DNA from: Camelus ferus
Lineage: Eukaryota
Direction: 5' to 3'
Assembly: GCF_009834535.1 (NCBI RefSeq)
Contig: NC_045696.1
Span: 117,616,001-117,680,000 of the forward strand
DNA: 64,000 bases
The notes below the pieces were generated by a model, which was not told the DNA's origin, searched no databases, and saw nothing but the letters and a program-made list of their open reading frames with translations. How positions within the stretch are numbered: position 1 is the stretch's first letter; every line of letters starts with the position of its first letter. Positions 1 to 13,040 of this stretch are shown here, piece by piece. The translations under genes and the position numbers were made by a program.

Positions 1-295
1 CTCCACAGAGGAACTCTTCTTTCCTGTTTGAAATTGCACAACTTTCCCCAGTTCGTACCCCACGCCCATGGGAGTCCGAGGCTATGAGTATCTGCTTTGC
101 CAGGCACGGAAGCACTTGATACTAATTGGGTTTTATTGCCGCTCTCAGCAGTTGCAGTAATGGCGAGCTGGTCAACCAGTTCTACGTGGGTAGAGGTGTG
201 ACTTGCTAAAGTTGCACCCAGTGCTTTTTCCTGTCTCCTTTTTTGAACCGGTTATTGCTTCACTCTAGTACCTCTTTCTCGAATTAGACCGTAGA

Positions 296-438
296 GGGGG
301 AGGGTATAGCTCCGTGGTAGAGCGCGTGCTTAGCGTGGGCAAGGTCCTGGGTTCAAGCCCCAGTACCTCCGTTAAAAAATGTGCATAAACAAATAAACCT
401 AATTACCTCCCCGCAAAACGAAACAAAACAAAACATCA
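296..438 (+). mobile_element. tRNA-Ala-derived SINE (camelid Vic-1-like), near full length
   Basis: tRNA-like head GGGGAGGGTATAGCTCCGTGGTAGAGCGCGTGCTTAGC...GGTTCAAGCCCCAGTACCTCC with Pol III A and B boxes. It continues into AAACCTAATTACCTCCCC and an A-rich (AAAAC)n tail. Degenerate target-site duplication: AATTAGACCGTAGA (282-295) and AATTAGACAGTGAGA (439-453). A second copy lies at ~46.7 kb. Confidence 0.85.
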
Positions 439-2234
439 AATTAGACAGTGAGATGTCTGTCCTGGGTTAGTAATATCCCACACAGAATCTACAATAGACG
501 TGTCCTCCAGGCTGCGAGTTTTTCTTTTTACATCTCCTCTCTCAGGCTCATTTTCAGCCGATTTAGATACATAAGGATTTTACTGTAGCTTGATGTCAGT
601 TTCCTGTAACCTTTCAGATACATTCATCCAAAAAGCCAAACTTAATAAAGCATCTAACTTACAACGGATTGATCTCAAATATTTTATGGCCTATCTTTTC
701 ACAATAGTCACACAGACGAGTTTAAGCCATGCCAATTTAGAGAGTGCTTAACAGTGTGTAAGTACTTCATTTTCACTTAATAGATTTTTTACCTATGCTT
801 TGTTTCAGAGCTGAACAAGTTTCCTTTGACCTCAGAATCACTAATGCAAGGAAAATTACCATATCATGAATGCACCTCCCCTATTTTTTTTTTTCTGATT
901 TGCAGAATAATAAATACAGCCAAGGCTCAGGAGTAGGAATGGCCTGAGAGAAAGCCTCTTAAATGCTCTTTTCTAATTGTTTTTTTTTTCTTTTAAAGTT
1001 AACCAACTCAGGCTAATCAATCAGATTTTCTTGCTAAAACAGAGCTAGTTTTAAAGTGCTTTTTGAGTGTCTTTTTTTTTTTTTTTGAAATTTACTACTG
1101 AAATTTCAAGTTGGGCTTTATCTGAATTTGGTTTTTAAACCTGTTTTATTTCATGTCAGACAGGGGCCCCCAAGAAACTCATAAACAAACAGAAAACCCT
1201 AAATTCGGGATAATCAAGACAAACAGATACACGCACCCAATTTTTCCCCCCTCTTTCTTTGGAAACTGCTTGATCGTAAGGTGCTCTGAGTATTAAAAAA
1301 ACATAAGAGAGCCTTTAACGTAACAGGAGAGAGCTTCAGCGGGGCCTCACAGCTCACTGCCAATTGAAGTAAGGAACGCTCTGGCTGTTGGGACTTTTAA
1401 ATCTAGACTTAAAAGTTATTTGTTCTGTTTAGCATTTTTAAAACGATTCTATTAGGAATTGTATGTGCTTCAGTTTTAATTTTAACTCATAATGATTGTA
1501 AAGCACCCTGGGATTCCTGCATGAAGGGCGTTATAAGATTGTATTGTGTTCTAATATGCTGTGGTATTATGGGCAGTTCAGAAGGTTACAAAGGAGGTGG
1601 CTGACTTCCTTTCAAAGTCTCTTTCCTTTCTCTCATTCTTACTCTAAAACCCTATCCTCTTTAGCCGTGATCTTTTTCTTTCCTTTCTTCTTTTCCAAAA
1701 GCTATTCTCTTGTACGGCACTATTTTCCCGTTTAAAAAAAAAAAGCAACTCTAACTTGGTTTACGCAGAGGTTAAATTTTATGCAAACCAGATTACGTGT
1801 TGAAAGTTAAGAGCGATTAGCACTTTCCTTGTTAGCACCAGTTGAGATCACTCTTCTTTTCCAGATGACAAGACAGGGTATTTCATCACTGGGTACCACC
1901 CGACTGTCCCAGACTTGTCCCAGTTTACTGTCAATCCAGCGTTTATTCCTCTGCAGTTAAACAATGTGGAGCTAACAAGAACAAGTACTAATGCTATGAA
2001 ATGTCACAGTAGAGATTTCCCAACATGTAGTGACACTCCTGGGTTATTCTGGCATAGGACAGAGCTTGATTTCACTTTATTTCTTAATGAAACTATTTTT
2101 TAGATTTATTTCATTAGCAGTTGTGTTCTCTCCCCCTTTGTGGGAGTCTGTGTGTGTTACTGCTTGTTGCCACCCCATAATTAATGCGCTCAGAGCGTTC
2201 ATTCCATAGGAGTCTAGAAAGTGAGCTGTGCCGT

Positions 2235-2380
2235 CACGGCTCTGTAAATTCAGGCAAGTGACTCTGTGCCTCAGTTTCCTCATCTCTAAAGCAGAAAGGT
2301 AACAGTACTGATTTTTCAGGATTGTTATGAGAATTACATGAGTGAATCCTTGTAAAGCATTGAGAACAGTGCTCAGTTCT
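2235..2380 (+). mobile_element. MIR SINE fragment
   Basis: MIR core GGCAAGTGACTCTGTGCCTCAGTTTCCTCATCTCTAAA...GGATTGTTATGAGAATTACATGAG...GTAAAGCATTGAGAACAGTG. Confidence 0.8.
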
Positions 2381-4119
2381 AAAGTGTGCAATAACATGGG
2401 TTGTTTTTCTAAAACGTGGGGGGTTGAGAGTTTGGCATCGCACTTGTGGGTCTCAGAAACTTTGTTGCTATGTAGAAGATTTCTATGCAAGCGTGAGTTT
2501 GTATGGAAACAACCAAGAACTTTTCATTTGTGAAAAAAATTAAAGAAACGTTTTATAACTTGTCCTCACCTTGAAGAAGCGCTTTTAGTCGGGTCCTTAG
2601 AATCATGTATCTTAAAATGGAAGTGAGGGAAGACTCAGGCAAGCATGATGCTTTAAATAAGCACATTTGCAAGTTAAGCAGATATGATAACTTAGATGGG
2701 ACAGTGTCGGGGAGGGAAAAGAAACCTCCTGGGACTGTCATCTGGATGTGAGTTTTCCCTAGTGCTCTTTCCTTCACCCTCACCCCTGCTCCCCACACCC
2801 AAGGCTCTGTCCCCTCCCTTTATACAGCCCCATAGCAGTTTCCACATTGTTCTGTAATTATCTGTGGACAGACTGTGTCCTCTACGTGAGTAATTGACAG
2901 CCACAGAGGGGCTAAGTTTTATTCACCATCACAGTCATGGATCTGGCACACAGGAGGATCTCAGGAATACCTGTCAAGCCGAGATAGCCTTGTAGCGTTT
3001 TCATCACATCTATTTCATGAACCAGTAAACTATGTCAGTAGTTTTCTTTGTAGTGTTTTATCTATAGTCTTATTTAGAATATCCTACTTTACAAAATATT
3101 TTCCCTATTATGCTTAATTCTGAATTTTTAATTTATGTAACCCAAGAGCAAATTACTTCTGCATTTTTCTCTAAGAACCCCTACTGATAATCCAAGCTGT
3201 CCCATAGTTTTGCTTATATTGTGATGTTCTTAAATATATGGATAAAATTATGTTTGTAAGCAGAACAGTAGTCTTGGACCCAAAGATCTGAAAAAAGGAC
3301 CCAAAGAGCTAAAAAATGCCCTAAGAGACCTAATTATACATCACTGTTAAGCACAATTTAACAACACAATTCAGTACACATTTTAAGTTTTTCTTCTATA
3401 ATCAGGTGTGTATTTCAGCGTCGCTCATAGTTTTCATTTTTTCTCCATTGTGTTATATTTGAGATCCACACTTTTTTACTGTTAGTTCCATTTGTCTGTT
3501 TCTCACTTGAAAAAAAAAAAATATATATATATATATAAAGGGGGGAAATTTCAATAGCAAAGTCAAATGATTTCTAGACCAAGATGTTGGTACTGCCAAC
3601 ATGGAAATGCTAACAGTCAGTACCACCCCATGTTAGTTCACAGTGTCCGTTCTTCATTTGAGGGTCCAAAGTCCACATTTGGCAGCGGAGGCTCCGTTTG
3701 GGGCTGTAAACATATAATGTGTAAAAGTCAGCTGTGTACAGGTCCAGAGTCACCTGGGTTTAGAGAGAGCTGCAAATGTAGATAACTGTTCAGCCATTCC
3801 AGAACAAAGCCTCAGAGCCTTTGTCCCACCTCCCGCAGGAGCACCAGCTCAGCCTGGAGCCCATGCCTCCAGTGATGGACGGGGCTTGGGACTTCGTGGC
3901 GGCCAGCCCATCCATCCAGCACAGATTGACCATTTCGCCCTAACTCCCAAAGAGCTGATCACCAGTATACTGGCATTTTCATAACATTGACAGAGATGAG
4001 CCACATTACCTTGATCTTTCTCTCTGACCTCATTCAGAAGTTACATTGGTTTATATTTATTTAGTAGACATGGGAAATCTTGACTAACAACTAATAAAAT
4101 ACAGAAATCAGGGGTATGA

Positions 4120-4297
4120 TTTAGCCTTCAGTCTCCTGTGAAATCTTGGATCCGTAGACCCTGCAACAGGCTCCCAAGAGTTTGTGCAGACCCGGAAGTT
4201 ACGAGTCTCTTGGGGCAGGATGTATGTGGGGAGAGCTTTCGTAAGTTTCATGAAATTCCCAAGGAAAGTCTTTGGCCCTGTAAAAAACTAAAAACCA
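4120..4297. mobile_element. Degenerate hAT-Charlie-type non-autonomous DNA transposon fragment
   Basis: GGGGAGAGCTTTCGTAAGTTTCATGAAATTCCCAAGGAAAGTCTTTGGCCCTGTAAAAAACTAAAAACCA resembles the end of MER/Charlie elements. Family not resolved. Confidence 0.4.
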
Positions 4298-4976
4298 AGC
4301 TTACTCCCCCCCCCCCCATTTTTAGGCAATGTGACTTAAAATCTAACAGCGTTCATGTAAGGAAGGCGTGCAGAGAAGGAATATAAAATCTGAAGAGTCA
4401 CAGCCTAATTCTAGTACTTACTTTTGGAAAAATGGGCTGATTGTTCAAACTAGTTCTTTTTTTTTTTTCACTCGGTGCCTTAACATTTTTCAAAATGACT
4501 TATTTAGGACCTCTGGAATTTACTACAAATTTGATGTCTTTTCCTGCTATTTCTAAGTACAGATACTAGAAATTTTAATCTCCAGAGAGAATGGGAGCTC
4601 TAACCACGCAAGGGCCAGCAGAGAAAGAAGAATCCCGCATTCCCCAAATGTGCAAGTTGGTAGAGAATGCAGGAGGTTTAGAATCTTAGGAAACAGTTTT
4701 TGCTATAAAATCAAATAAGGCTCATTCGATTTAGATTTACCTAATGAAAAACTTGTGAAAATTCTATTTGGAGTAGCATAACGTTTAATTCAATAATAGG
4801 GAGTATATTTTTAATAATCATATTATAAGCAAGATACCAAGGGACTTTAACCTTCTTAAAAAATAAAACTGTAGTGGGGGATGTTTGCACAGTGAGTGGA
4901 TGGTACGTATTACAGTTGCAGCTCCCTTAGTCACTGAAGACCCTGTAGGACCTCTGTTGGGGAATACACACAGATC

Positions 4977-5062
4977 TCATAGAGTCTTCAAGCTGTTAGA
5001 AAGGACCTTGGAGATTTTCTAGTTCATTTCCCTTCATATTGCAGATGAGCAAACGTAAGCCT
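4977..5062 (-). mobile_element. MIR/MIR3-like fragment
   Basis: TAGAAAGGACCTTGGAGATTTTCTAGTTCA...CATATTGCAGATGAGCAAAC is typical of antisense MIR-family core. Confidence 0.5.
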
Positions 5063-8000
5063 CTATGTGCAATTAATTTGAAATGTTACATGCCCTTCGT
5101 AATAATACACTTTTTAACAAATATTTTCTAATTTAAGCCAGCATAGTCAATTAGTTTGAATGAGAAGGTTTCAGAATAGTAAGAACGATCTATACGGGTT
5201 CTCAAACAAAAAGACAGAATAGAGAATCTGGTCAAAAGATACTCTCCGGGCTTTATATAAAATTCCTTTAATTATGTGGCAAAGCCACGTGAACTGCGAA
5301 CCAGCGTTTTCTTTTAAAATTACAAATTGGATATTTCAATCATTAAATGAAATTTCTGTGCTTCAAAATGATCGCAATGTCATCTTTAGGAAATGTGATA
5401 AGAGAATTCAGGCAGAATTGGATGGGTTCTCTTTCTGCTTGCTTTCATAGACCTTTGGGGCTCTGTCCCCAGTTTCTGTTTTTAGCAGAACACAAGGATT
5501 GCTTGGTGTGAAGATGCCGTTTGCAGGCACTGGGGTTGATCAAGATGGCAAGAACCACAATGATGACAACTGGAGTTTAAGTAAAATTTAGAAGTGATTA
5601 GTCTCTCCTTAACAAATTGAGATTTCGAATATGCCCCAGTTGTGTCTCCCCAGAGAATAGCTTAGAAGGCAATAGAGGATCCGGAGGGAAAGATCTGGGG
5701 AACGTAAGCTAACATCACAAACAGAATATTACACCCAGAGGTCCTGCCATTTGCTTCCCATAAATTGAAGCCCGTTTCCCTCCCTTCTTGGCACCCCCGC
5801 CTAGTACCCGATAGGGTCTACCTGTGAATTTTCACCAAGTTCATTCCATGTCACCATCTCCTATGATGTTTTTTAGAGCTTGTTTGTAGAATTTGATATC
5901 CTTTGGGATTTAAAGAAAACTTCATGTGCTGAGAACCATGAGATAGTATTTGAATATGGGGCTGATTCCATTTGCTCTGAAGTTAAAGTTTGACCTTGGA
6001 GTTCTCCACCACGCACATAAAAACCCCCGCTGTGAAAATTCAGGCCATAGGCAGACAGGACCTGGAGAAAGGGGAGTGTCATTAGTGTGTGTGGAGTTGT
6101 ACTGCTCAAAAGATAAAAATGTAAGGGAATAGAGAGCCAGCAGTTTGACAGATTGTTCAGTAAATGCTCATTTTATTGAAAATTATAAAAAGGTGCTTAA
6201 TGTCTCTATGCCATTAATACAATACATAAAAAGGTTACTGTCAAGATTAGTGTTCCAGCCCTGAAAATTAACTGCTGGGTTTTATAAACCATCACTCTGC
6301 GTCGCCTGAGAAGTTAAAGGTTTCTGTATATACATTTTGCACACGTGGACACATATCTCAGAAAACAATTATTTTAGACTTTACGCCAAAGGCATTAGCA
6401 GTGATATGCTTTCATTTAAAACATGGACCTAAGTGCTGTGTATTACAAACAAGGTGAAACCATGAAAGATCGCCTTGCAGAATTAAATGTGTGCAAGATT
6501 ATTTCCCTTGCTGTCTCTGGAGTATTCGATTCAAAACATACATCCCTTCCTACAGAAGAAGAGATTCAGATTCCTTAGTTGAAATTAATTAGCATTCAGA
6601 AACCAGATAGCATGTTTTTGGGTATTCATGAGATCTCTGTTTGAAAAAAAATGTTTTTAACTTGTAGAAATGTGTTGCAACACACAGATGGGAAGAAAAA
6701 GAAAAAAAAAATCTCTTTAGCAAGCACTGTGTGTAAAAGGAATATTACATTTTGCACGCTCCTGATTGCTCTGTGTAAACAGTTTTTGACATCTGTCTTT
6801 ATAGTTTTCTAGGAGAGGAAGACTTTGTTAAAAGAATCATTTTTATACAGCAGTCACCATTTTAGTCTTGCTTTACCTGTATTATGAAAGCAGATGGTCT
6901 GCATGTCTTTTGAATATTTATAACTATCAAAAACAATCTCTTGCTATTCACCCTTAGGCTTATGAGATGTCAGGACTGTTCTGGTTGAAAAAAAATCATC
7001 TTGGGTGTTTACAGAAAGAGGATTACATTAAGCTGAAATGACTATACATTTTCCAGTTTAATATTTGTCCATCAGCTGTTTAATCGTATTTAGATAATTG
7101 TGTAAATAAGATGTGGTAGCTTTTGGCCTCTCTGCTGATGGAGCCTGAAAGCTTTAAACGTGGGTGAACCACCCATTTCGGAGATGCTCTTGGTACCTAC
7201 ATCCACCTGTGCTAAACCATCAGCAAGTCTTTAGTAAGTTTGGGTCATGATATCACAGTCCTCTTTGTGGAGGGGGAAAAAAATTGTGCACAGAAAGCCC
7301 GTATGGAGATCACAGGAAAGCTAGGGAGCTGCTGGCTTCTGGGACAGGCTGTTTAGTTTATTAGAGTATATTGTAATATGCAAATATGGTACAGCACTCC
7401 AGTTACCCTTTAAAGATGACAGGGCTTTCCCTTTATTCTCTGCATGCTCGCAGCGCTTTGAGGGTATTTTGGAAAACTTTTGGTATAGTGGGGGTTAACT
7501 GTTTTTTGACTGGAAGCTGAGCAGTCAGAGATAACAGATTTTGCTGTGGTTGGTTGATTTGGCAGAAAAGCATGAACAGTTTTGGTTTAAATGATTGAAT
7601 AACCTGATTAGCATTGTTTTGGGGTGGGTTTTTTTTTTTTTTTTTTTTTTTTTTGGTTGTTGTTAAAGGCACAACAAAGCAATTTGAAGGGTAATCAGAT
7701 CCCTGTCTTCTCCCAGTTGACGAACGTATTTTTCAGAAGGCTTCCCCTCTCCCCAAAGTCTTCATTGGCTGCAAAGATGACCAAGTAGAAAAATAAAACT
7801 ATCTCCCCTCAGTGTCTAAGTGTGTTATAAATACAGCCCTCCAATTCGTGTCATATTCTAGCAGGGGTTTGAAAGAATATAATCTTTTGAAAAATGATGT
7901 AACCTCAACCAACTCCTTGTGGGGTTTTTTTTGGGGGGGATGTGTATTTTGTTTTTCAGATGTACAGCCCTGCTGTGTTTCAGAGCTAAGGTTCAGAATG

Positions 8001-8789
8001 TTCTAACCAGCTCGAAGTCGGGGCTTTAGGAAAATTCCACCCTTACCTTTTCACAATTAGAAAGGTTATAAATAATGTATTTGGCTGAAAAGGAAGCCCA
8101 GCCGGTGGCAGATGGTACGATTCTAGAGTACCGGGGCTTCTGTGAAGATGGCGTTCTTTTAGATCGGAACTTCAGCAGACTCTCAGAGAAAGCCAGAACT
8201 CCTCACCGGGCGCAGACATGTGCTTTATGGCTCTTAGAAAAGCTTACAACCTGGCCCCTCGAGGGGAAGATTGTGTCACCCTGGTGTTAGCAAGCACGTC
8301 ACAGCCAATGTCTGCTGACTTCCAAATTGTGTCTCCCGACGCTGGTGGCTGGGGACCTCGTCATTGGTGGGGGTTACGCTGTAGCTTTTGAACTTGGGCT
8401 TTAAACCGGAGGAGTTTTTTTCAGCCTGATTGTTTCCTTCCCTGAACGTGGATGCTTTTACACGACCGGCCACTGACTAGGAAGATTCGTGGTGCAGATC
8501 GTGCCCTTTTCCCGGTGCTTTGGAGAAGCTTGTATAGACACTGGGAGAACCGGGGTAGCGTCAGCACCGAGCGCTGATTTCTGAGACATCTGTGTGGATG
8601 GAGCTTAAAAAGCATGGGAAGGAATCTCTTACAAATGAAAGAACAAAGGTTCCTCAGACTCTGAGTTCTCTCTTGACAGCTAAAAGTGATGGATTTTAAA
8701 AGATTCACGTGACAATTAAGCTGCCATCACCTTTGACCTTGATAGAAAACAGGAGTGAGAGGAGGATTTTCTGGTAGCCTGCAGGCACG

Positions 8790-8900
8790 ACTTATTTCAG
8801 TGACCTTTTACTGATCACCAAATATGTGCCCAGACCTGTGATGAGTCCCGGCTACACAGAAATAAGACCCAAGGCTCACCACCTAGTAGAAAATAAACAG
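8790..8900 (-). mobile_element. L2 3'-end fragment
   Basis: TTTACTGATCACCAAATATGTGCCCAGACCTGTG...GGCTACACAGAAATAAGAC...GCTCACCACCTAGTAG resembles the antisense L2 3' terminus. Confidence 0.45.
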
Positions 8901-10694
8901 CATTGGCAGGTGCTCTGTACAGGACGTTTGGGCCATCGGGAAAGGCCTTGCAGGAGTCCCCACTGAAACTGTACCCGAAAGGGTGAGCAGCTGTTACCTA
9001 GACATGGGAGAGGGCGTGGGTCACCCCTCCAAGTCAGGGGAGTCAGTTACCAGGTGCAGGCCAGCTTCAGAAGACACCACCAAATAGGAATATTGAACCA
9101 AATGGAAATACTTTTTTTTTTGTTGGTGTCTCCTCTTGCTATCCCTGGACCCGACTTATAATTTAATAATTTAATTTGTATACTCTTTGTTTTTCCTAAG
9201 GAAATTTACTGGACATAAAAGACATCATTTGAAGATTTTATCTGAGACTCTTTTGTTGTTTAAAGCAAAGTCTTCCAACTGGTCTGAAAGGTGGTCGTAT
9301 AACAAAAGCCAGTGAGGAGGGAGGCGGAGGGCTGTCATGGTAATTAACTTCCCTTAAGTCCAAGCTTAAGGAAGTTCCAGGCTGGGTGCTAATTGCATCA
9401 CATTGGTTATTTTGTCTGTTGTCTGCCCAAGTGTAGATAGTATGTGTCTTCAAGGCATTATTTTTCTAGTGACTTGTCCAGTGCTTGGCACATAGGAGGA
9501 GTTTGGTAGGTAGATGCTGAATGAGTTGGGGGAGGGGGGAGAAACACCTGTATGAATGGATGCTCAGGACAACCCATGAGGTCCGCGCCGCTGTTCAGGT
9601 CCCATTTAGGACCGGGGATCGCGATGGTAGTTGATTCATTTGACTGAGGTCGCAGTACCAGTGTGCGACCCATCTTGGACTTGAATGCAGATTTAGCCGA
9701 TTCTGCTTCATCAAATGAATATTTAGTGTGTGCTTAAGACACACCAGGCATTTGGGCTGGAAAGGAACACAGGGCCCCAGACCTGCAGGGACTCACAGTG
9801 TACAGAGTAATGTTTTTAGCTACTGGTCTTTAAACCAGTGTTTCCTTTTGATTGATAGAAGAATCCTAAGCCTCCCCCCTTAAAAACGTGGATCTTTGTC
9901 TACCTCCCCCCCCCCCGCCCCGCCCTCTGGTCTGTCTTTACCGTGCAGGAAAATCCCATCACACTTGACTTTCTGCTATTGGTGTTATCAAAACAATAAG
10001 TGGTTCTTTATGATTTTCCAAATTGAAGATACACCACTGAATACGGTCTTTCAAATACCATGTGCTCCACAAAAGTCTGAAATCTCTCTTCCCTGCCCTT
10101 GAACCTCATAGCACTAGTCAGGTGCCACCCCAGAGCCTTCAGGAGTGATTTTACCACGAGGGGGAAAAAAGTCTCGTGCGGTGGCTGTCTGCGCAGTTGA
10201 GTCGTGAGACAGATCACTGTGTATTATTCCAGTAAAAACAGAGTTGACCCCAAGTTACCTGAATTATGGAATATTTCCCAGCCCCCTGAAAGCGCAGGAA
10301 GATAGAGAACCTTGAATGCTGCTTTGGCATGCGTCATAACCCATGGATTAGCCTTTTGATTTGTGTCTTGCTTGGGCTAATATTTACATTAATCCGAGTT
10401 CCCTAAGCACACCCTACTTGACAGAGGGGAAAGCATCCAAAAAGTCACTTAAGGACAGAGCCTACCAATTTAGGGTTAAACAAAGGCAGAAGGGAGCTTT
10501 GATGATCACGCACATATGGGTATTATTTTCCACACATGGATAATAATGAACTGCGTAGCACTGTTACATATGGGCTCCCGTTGTATAAAAATATTCTAGA
10601 ATTTTTTCCCCGCACACATGATGTATTTTTTCTCCTCCCCCCCCCACCATATATTTTCCACTGTTGGTCTACTGAATCCCATTAGGTTGAAATG

Positions 10695-10795
10695 ATCTGT
10701 TTACATGTCTCTTCCTAATAGTAAACTTCTTGTTGGCAGAGGCTGTGTCTTACCCTTCTTTGCATCCCTGGTACAGCCGGGCACATAGTAGGTAT
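10695..10795 (+). mobile_element. L2 3'-end fragment
   Basis: TGTTTACATGTCTCTTCC...GTAAACTTCTTG...GGCAGAGGCTGTGTCTTA...GGCACATAGTAGG. Confidence 0.6.
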
Positions 10796-11977
10796 GAGGC
10801 AAAGAGCAAATCTCATAGACAGAACAGCGGGCAAACTCCAGTAGCCTGGACGTTTGTCAGCAAAATTTAGATGTGTCATCCATTTCTGAAAAGGACATCA
10901 GCTACATCAGAATTTCCATGTACTGTAATATGAATGTTTAAGAATCTTCCAGCACGTCTATATTGAAGCGTAATAATTTTTTTAATTGGACCAAAGTAGA
11001 AGACTGTGGGCTGTCTGTCGCCCATTTGCAGAATCAACGGTGATTCATCAGCATTCTCACTAGTTTTATTAGCGTCTGACTTTATTGATCCGTCATTACA
11101 ATAGAGTAAGTGTGATTGAAGCTGACAGATTGTTAACCAGATCGGGTGATCTTCTGGCTCAGGCTTTGGCAACCTTGCTAAGTATCTTTTTGGACTTTGG
11201 ACGGGAAGGATGCTTTTAGTAAAACTGCACGCTCCTGGATTAATGGCGAAGCATCACGAGCCCATGAAAAATGTCTTTTTAGGGAAATAAAATGTGAAAA
11301 TGACTATAAAGTAGGACATGTCGAGAAAAAAAGATAGCCCAGTGCCTCTTAGGAGAGCGAGCCGTGTTTTACATAAATAATGCACCCCCAGCTTACCCTT
11401 CCCTGGAAGTTCTTCAAAGATCTCCAGGGTTTACATATAACAGGAATGTGTGCATGTTATGAAGTTAACACTGATCACGGATATCAGGAAAATCTGTGGG
11501 AACCACAAGGAGGGCTTTACCTGAGAAGTCGCTTAAAGAAGATACTGCTATAAAAATACTTTTGTCCCCAGACTGGCTTTTTCGGTTGTTCACCGGCCTC
11601 CCAAACAAGGCTGCCTTCTGTAAACTGTCTCACCATAGTCTAACTGAAGTCTGAAATGTCAGTTCTCCAGTTTCTATACAGAGGAGTGGAGGATGGATTG
11701 GTGCTGCAAAGTCTAATTATTCCTGCGACTCAATTGGAAATTAATTTAGCCGCTACTAGAGGATATGAGTGTTGTGGTTAAAAATAACCGTGATTGAGTC
11801 ACTGAAATTATCGGTACCAAAATTCGCTGGGAAGAAAATGAGTTTTAGAAAACTAGCAAACTAGTAATACATCAAAAATCATTGTCTTTCTTCATTTGTA
11901 TATGTTAAACTGTCAACTCTGTTTTTCAGGCTTTTGTTAGAAAAAGGATGCAGACATGTGACAAAATAAGTCATTTG

Positions 11978-11983
<6 letters not shown>

Positions 11984-12012
<29 letters not shown>
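11984..12012 (+). repeat. (TG)n microsatellite
   Basis: About 14 consecutive TG units. Confidence 0.95.
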
Positions 12013-12013
<1 letters not shown>

Positions 12014-12269
12014 TGTCCTTGAGAAATCAGTTACCATGAAATGCATATATTTAAAAATTGTAGGGGTAGTTGGAAATTCAGAGCCCAAGCTTTACTCTAC
12101 GTGAAGCCAGCAGTAAGATGGCAGCCTAGTTTTTTTTGCTCTTGTTTTTTTCCTTCTGCTGGAGGTTCTTTGTGAATAGTTTGTTTCTCCTTCAGTATGG
12201 TCAGTCAGCCTTTGAACAGTGCTAGTTTGGCTCTAGTTGAAACCCAAATAATAAGAGTGGAAAGAACAA

Positions 12270-12434
12270 GTGGTGGTTCCCAAACTCTAATGTGCACGCA
12301 GATCCCCAGGGGGACCTGAAAAAATGCAGGTACTGAGTGACTGTCCGCGGGAGGGTCCACTGCTCTGCATCTCTGATAAGCTCCCAGGTGATGCCAAAAG
12401 TGCTGGTCCCTGGGCCATACTGGGAGTTGCAAGG
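12270..12434. mobile_element. MER5A-like hAT-Charlie DNA transposon
   Basis: GTGGTTCCCAAACT...CTCTGCATCTCTGATAAGCTCCCAGGTGATGCC...TGCTGGTCC...CATACTGGGAGTTGCAAGG. Confidence 0.7.
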
Positions 12435-12707
12435 ATGGAGAGCCCAGACTCTAAACCAGAAAGTGTCATTTATTTCTGAATTGCATTCAGAAAGTCACCT
12501 TCAAATATTCGGATTTATCGGGATCGGTGAAAGTTCATCAGCCCAGGAGTAGCCAACATTGATGGAGGTCCCTTAAATTCAAGGGCAGAGTCTGTGGGTG
12601 TGATAGCTTTATACCAGTCTCCGTGGGCTGTTGCTTTCTACTGAAATAAGCACTGGATGGTCCACTTTATGAATTTTAAGAAGTCGAGGCTTTAGGCTAA
12701 AGTGTGA

Positions 12708-13040
<333 letters not shown>

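Noticed and set aside
296..371. tRNA-Ala(AGC) gene
   Set aside because: It is the head of a SINE with tail and TSD, and it has stem mismatches. The same applies to the copy at 46755-46826.
2077..2533. Overlapping ORFs (137, 69 and 63 aa)
   Set aside because: They overlap a MIR element (the LEMRKLRHR-type translation is a MIR artefact) and have no exon structure.
3275..3308. Direct repeat GGACCCAAAGA twice
   Set aside because: Two short copies only; no array and no spacer structure.
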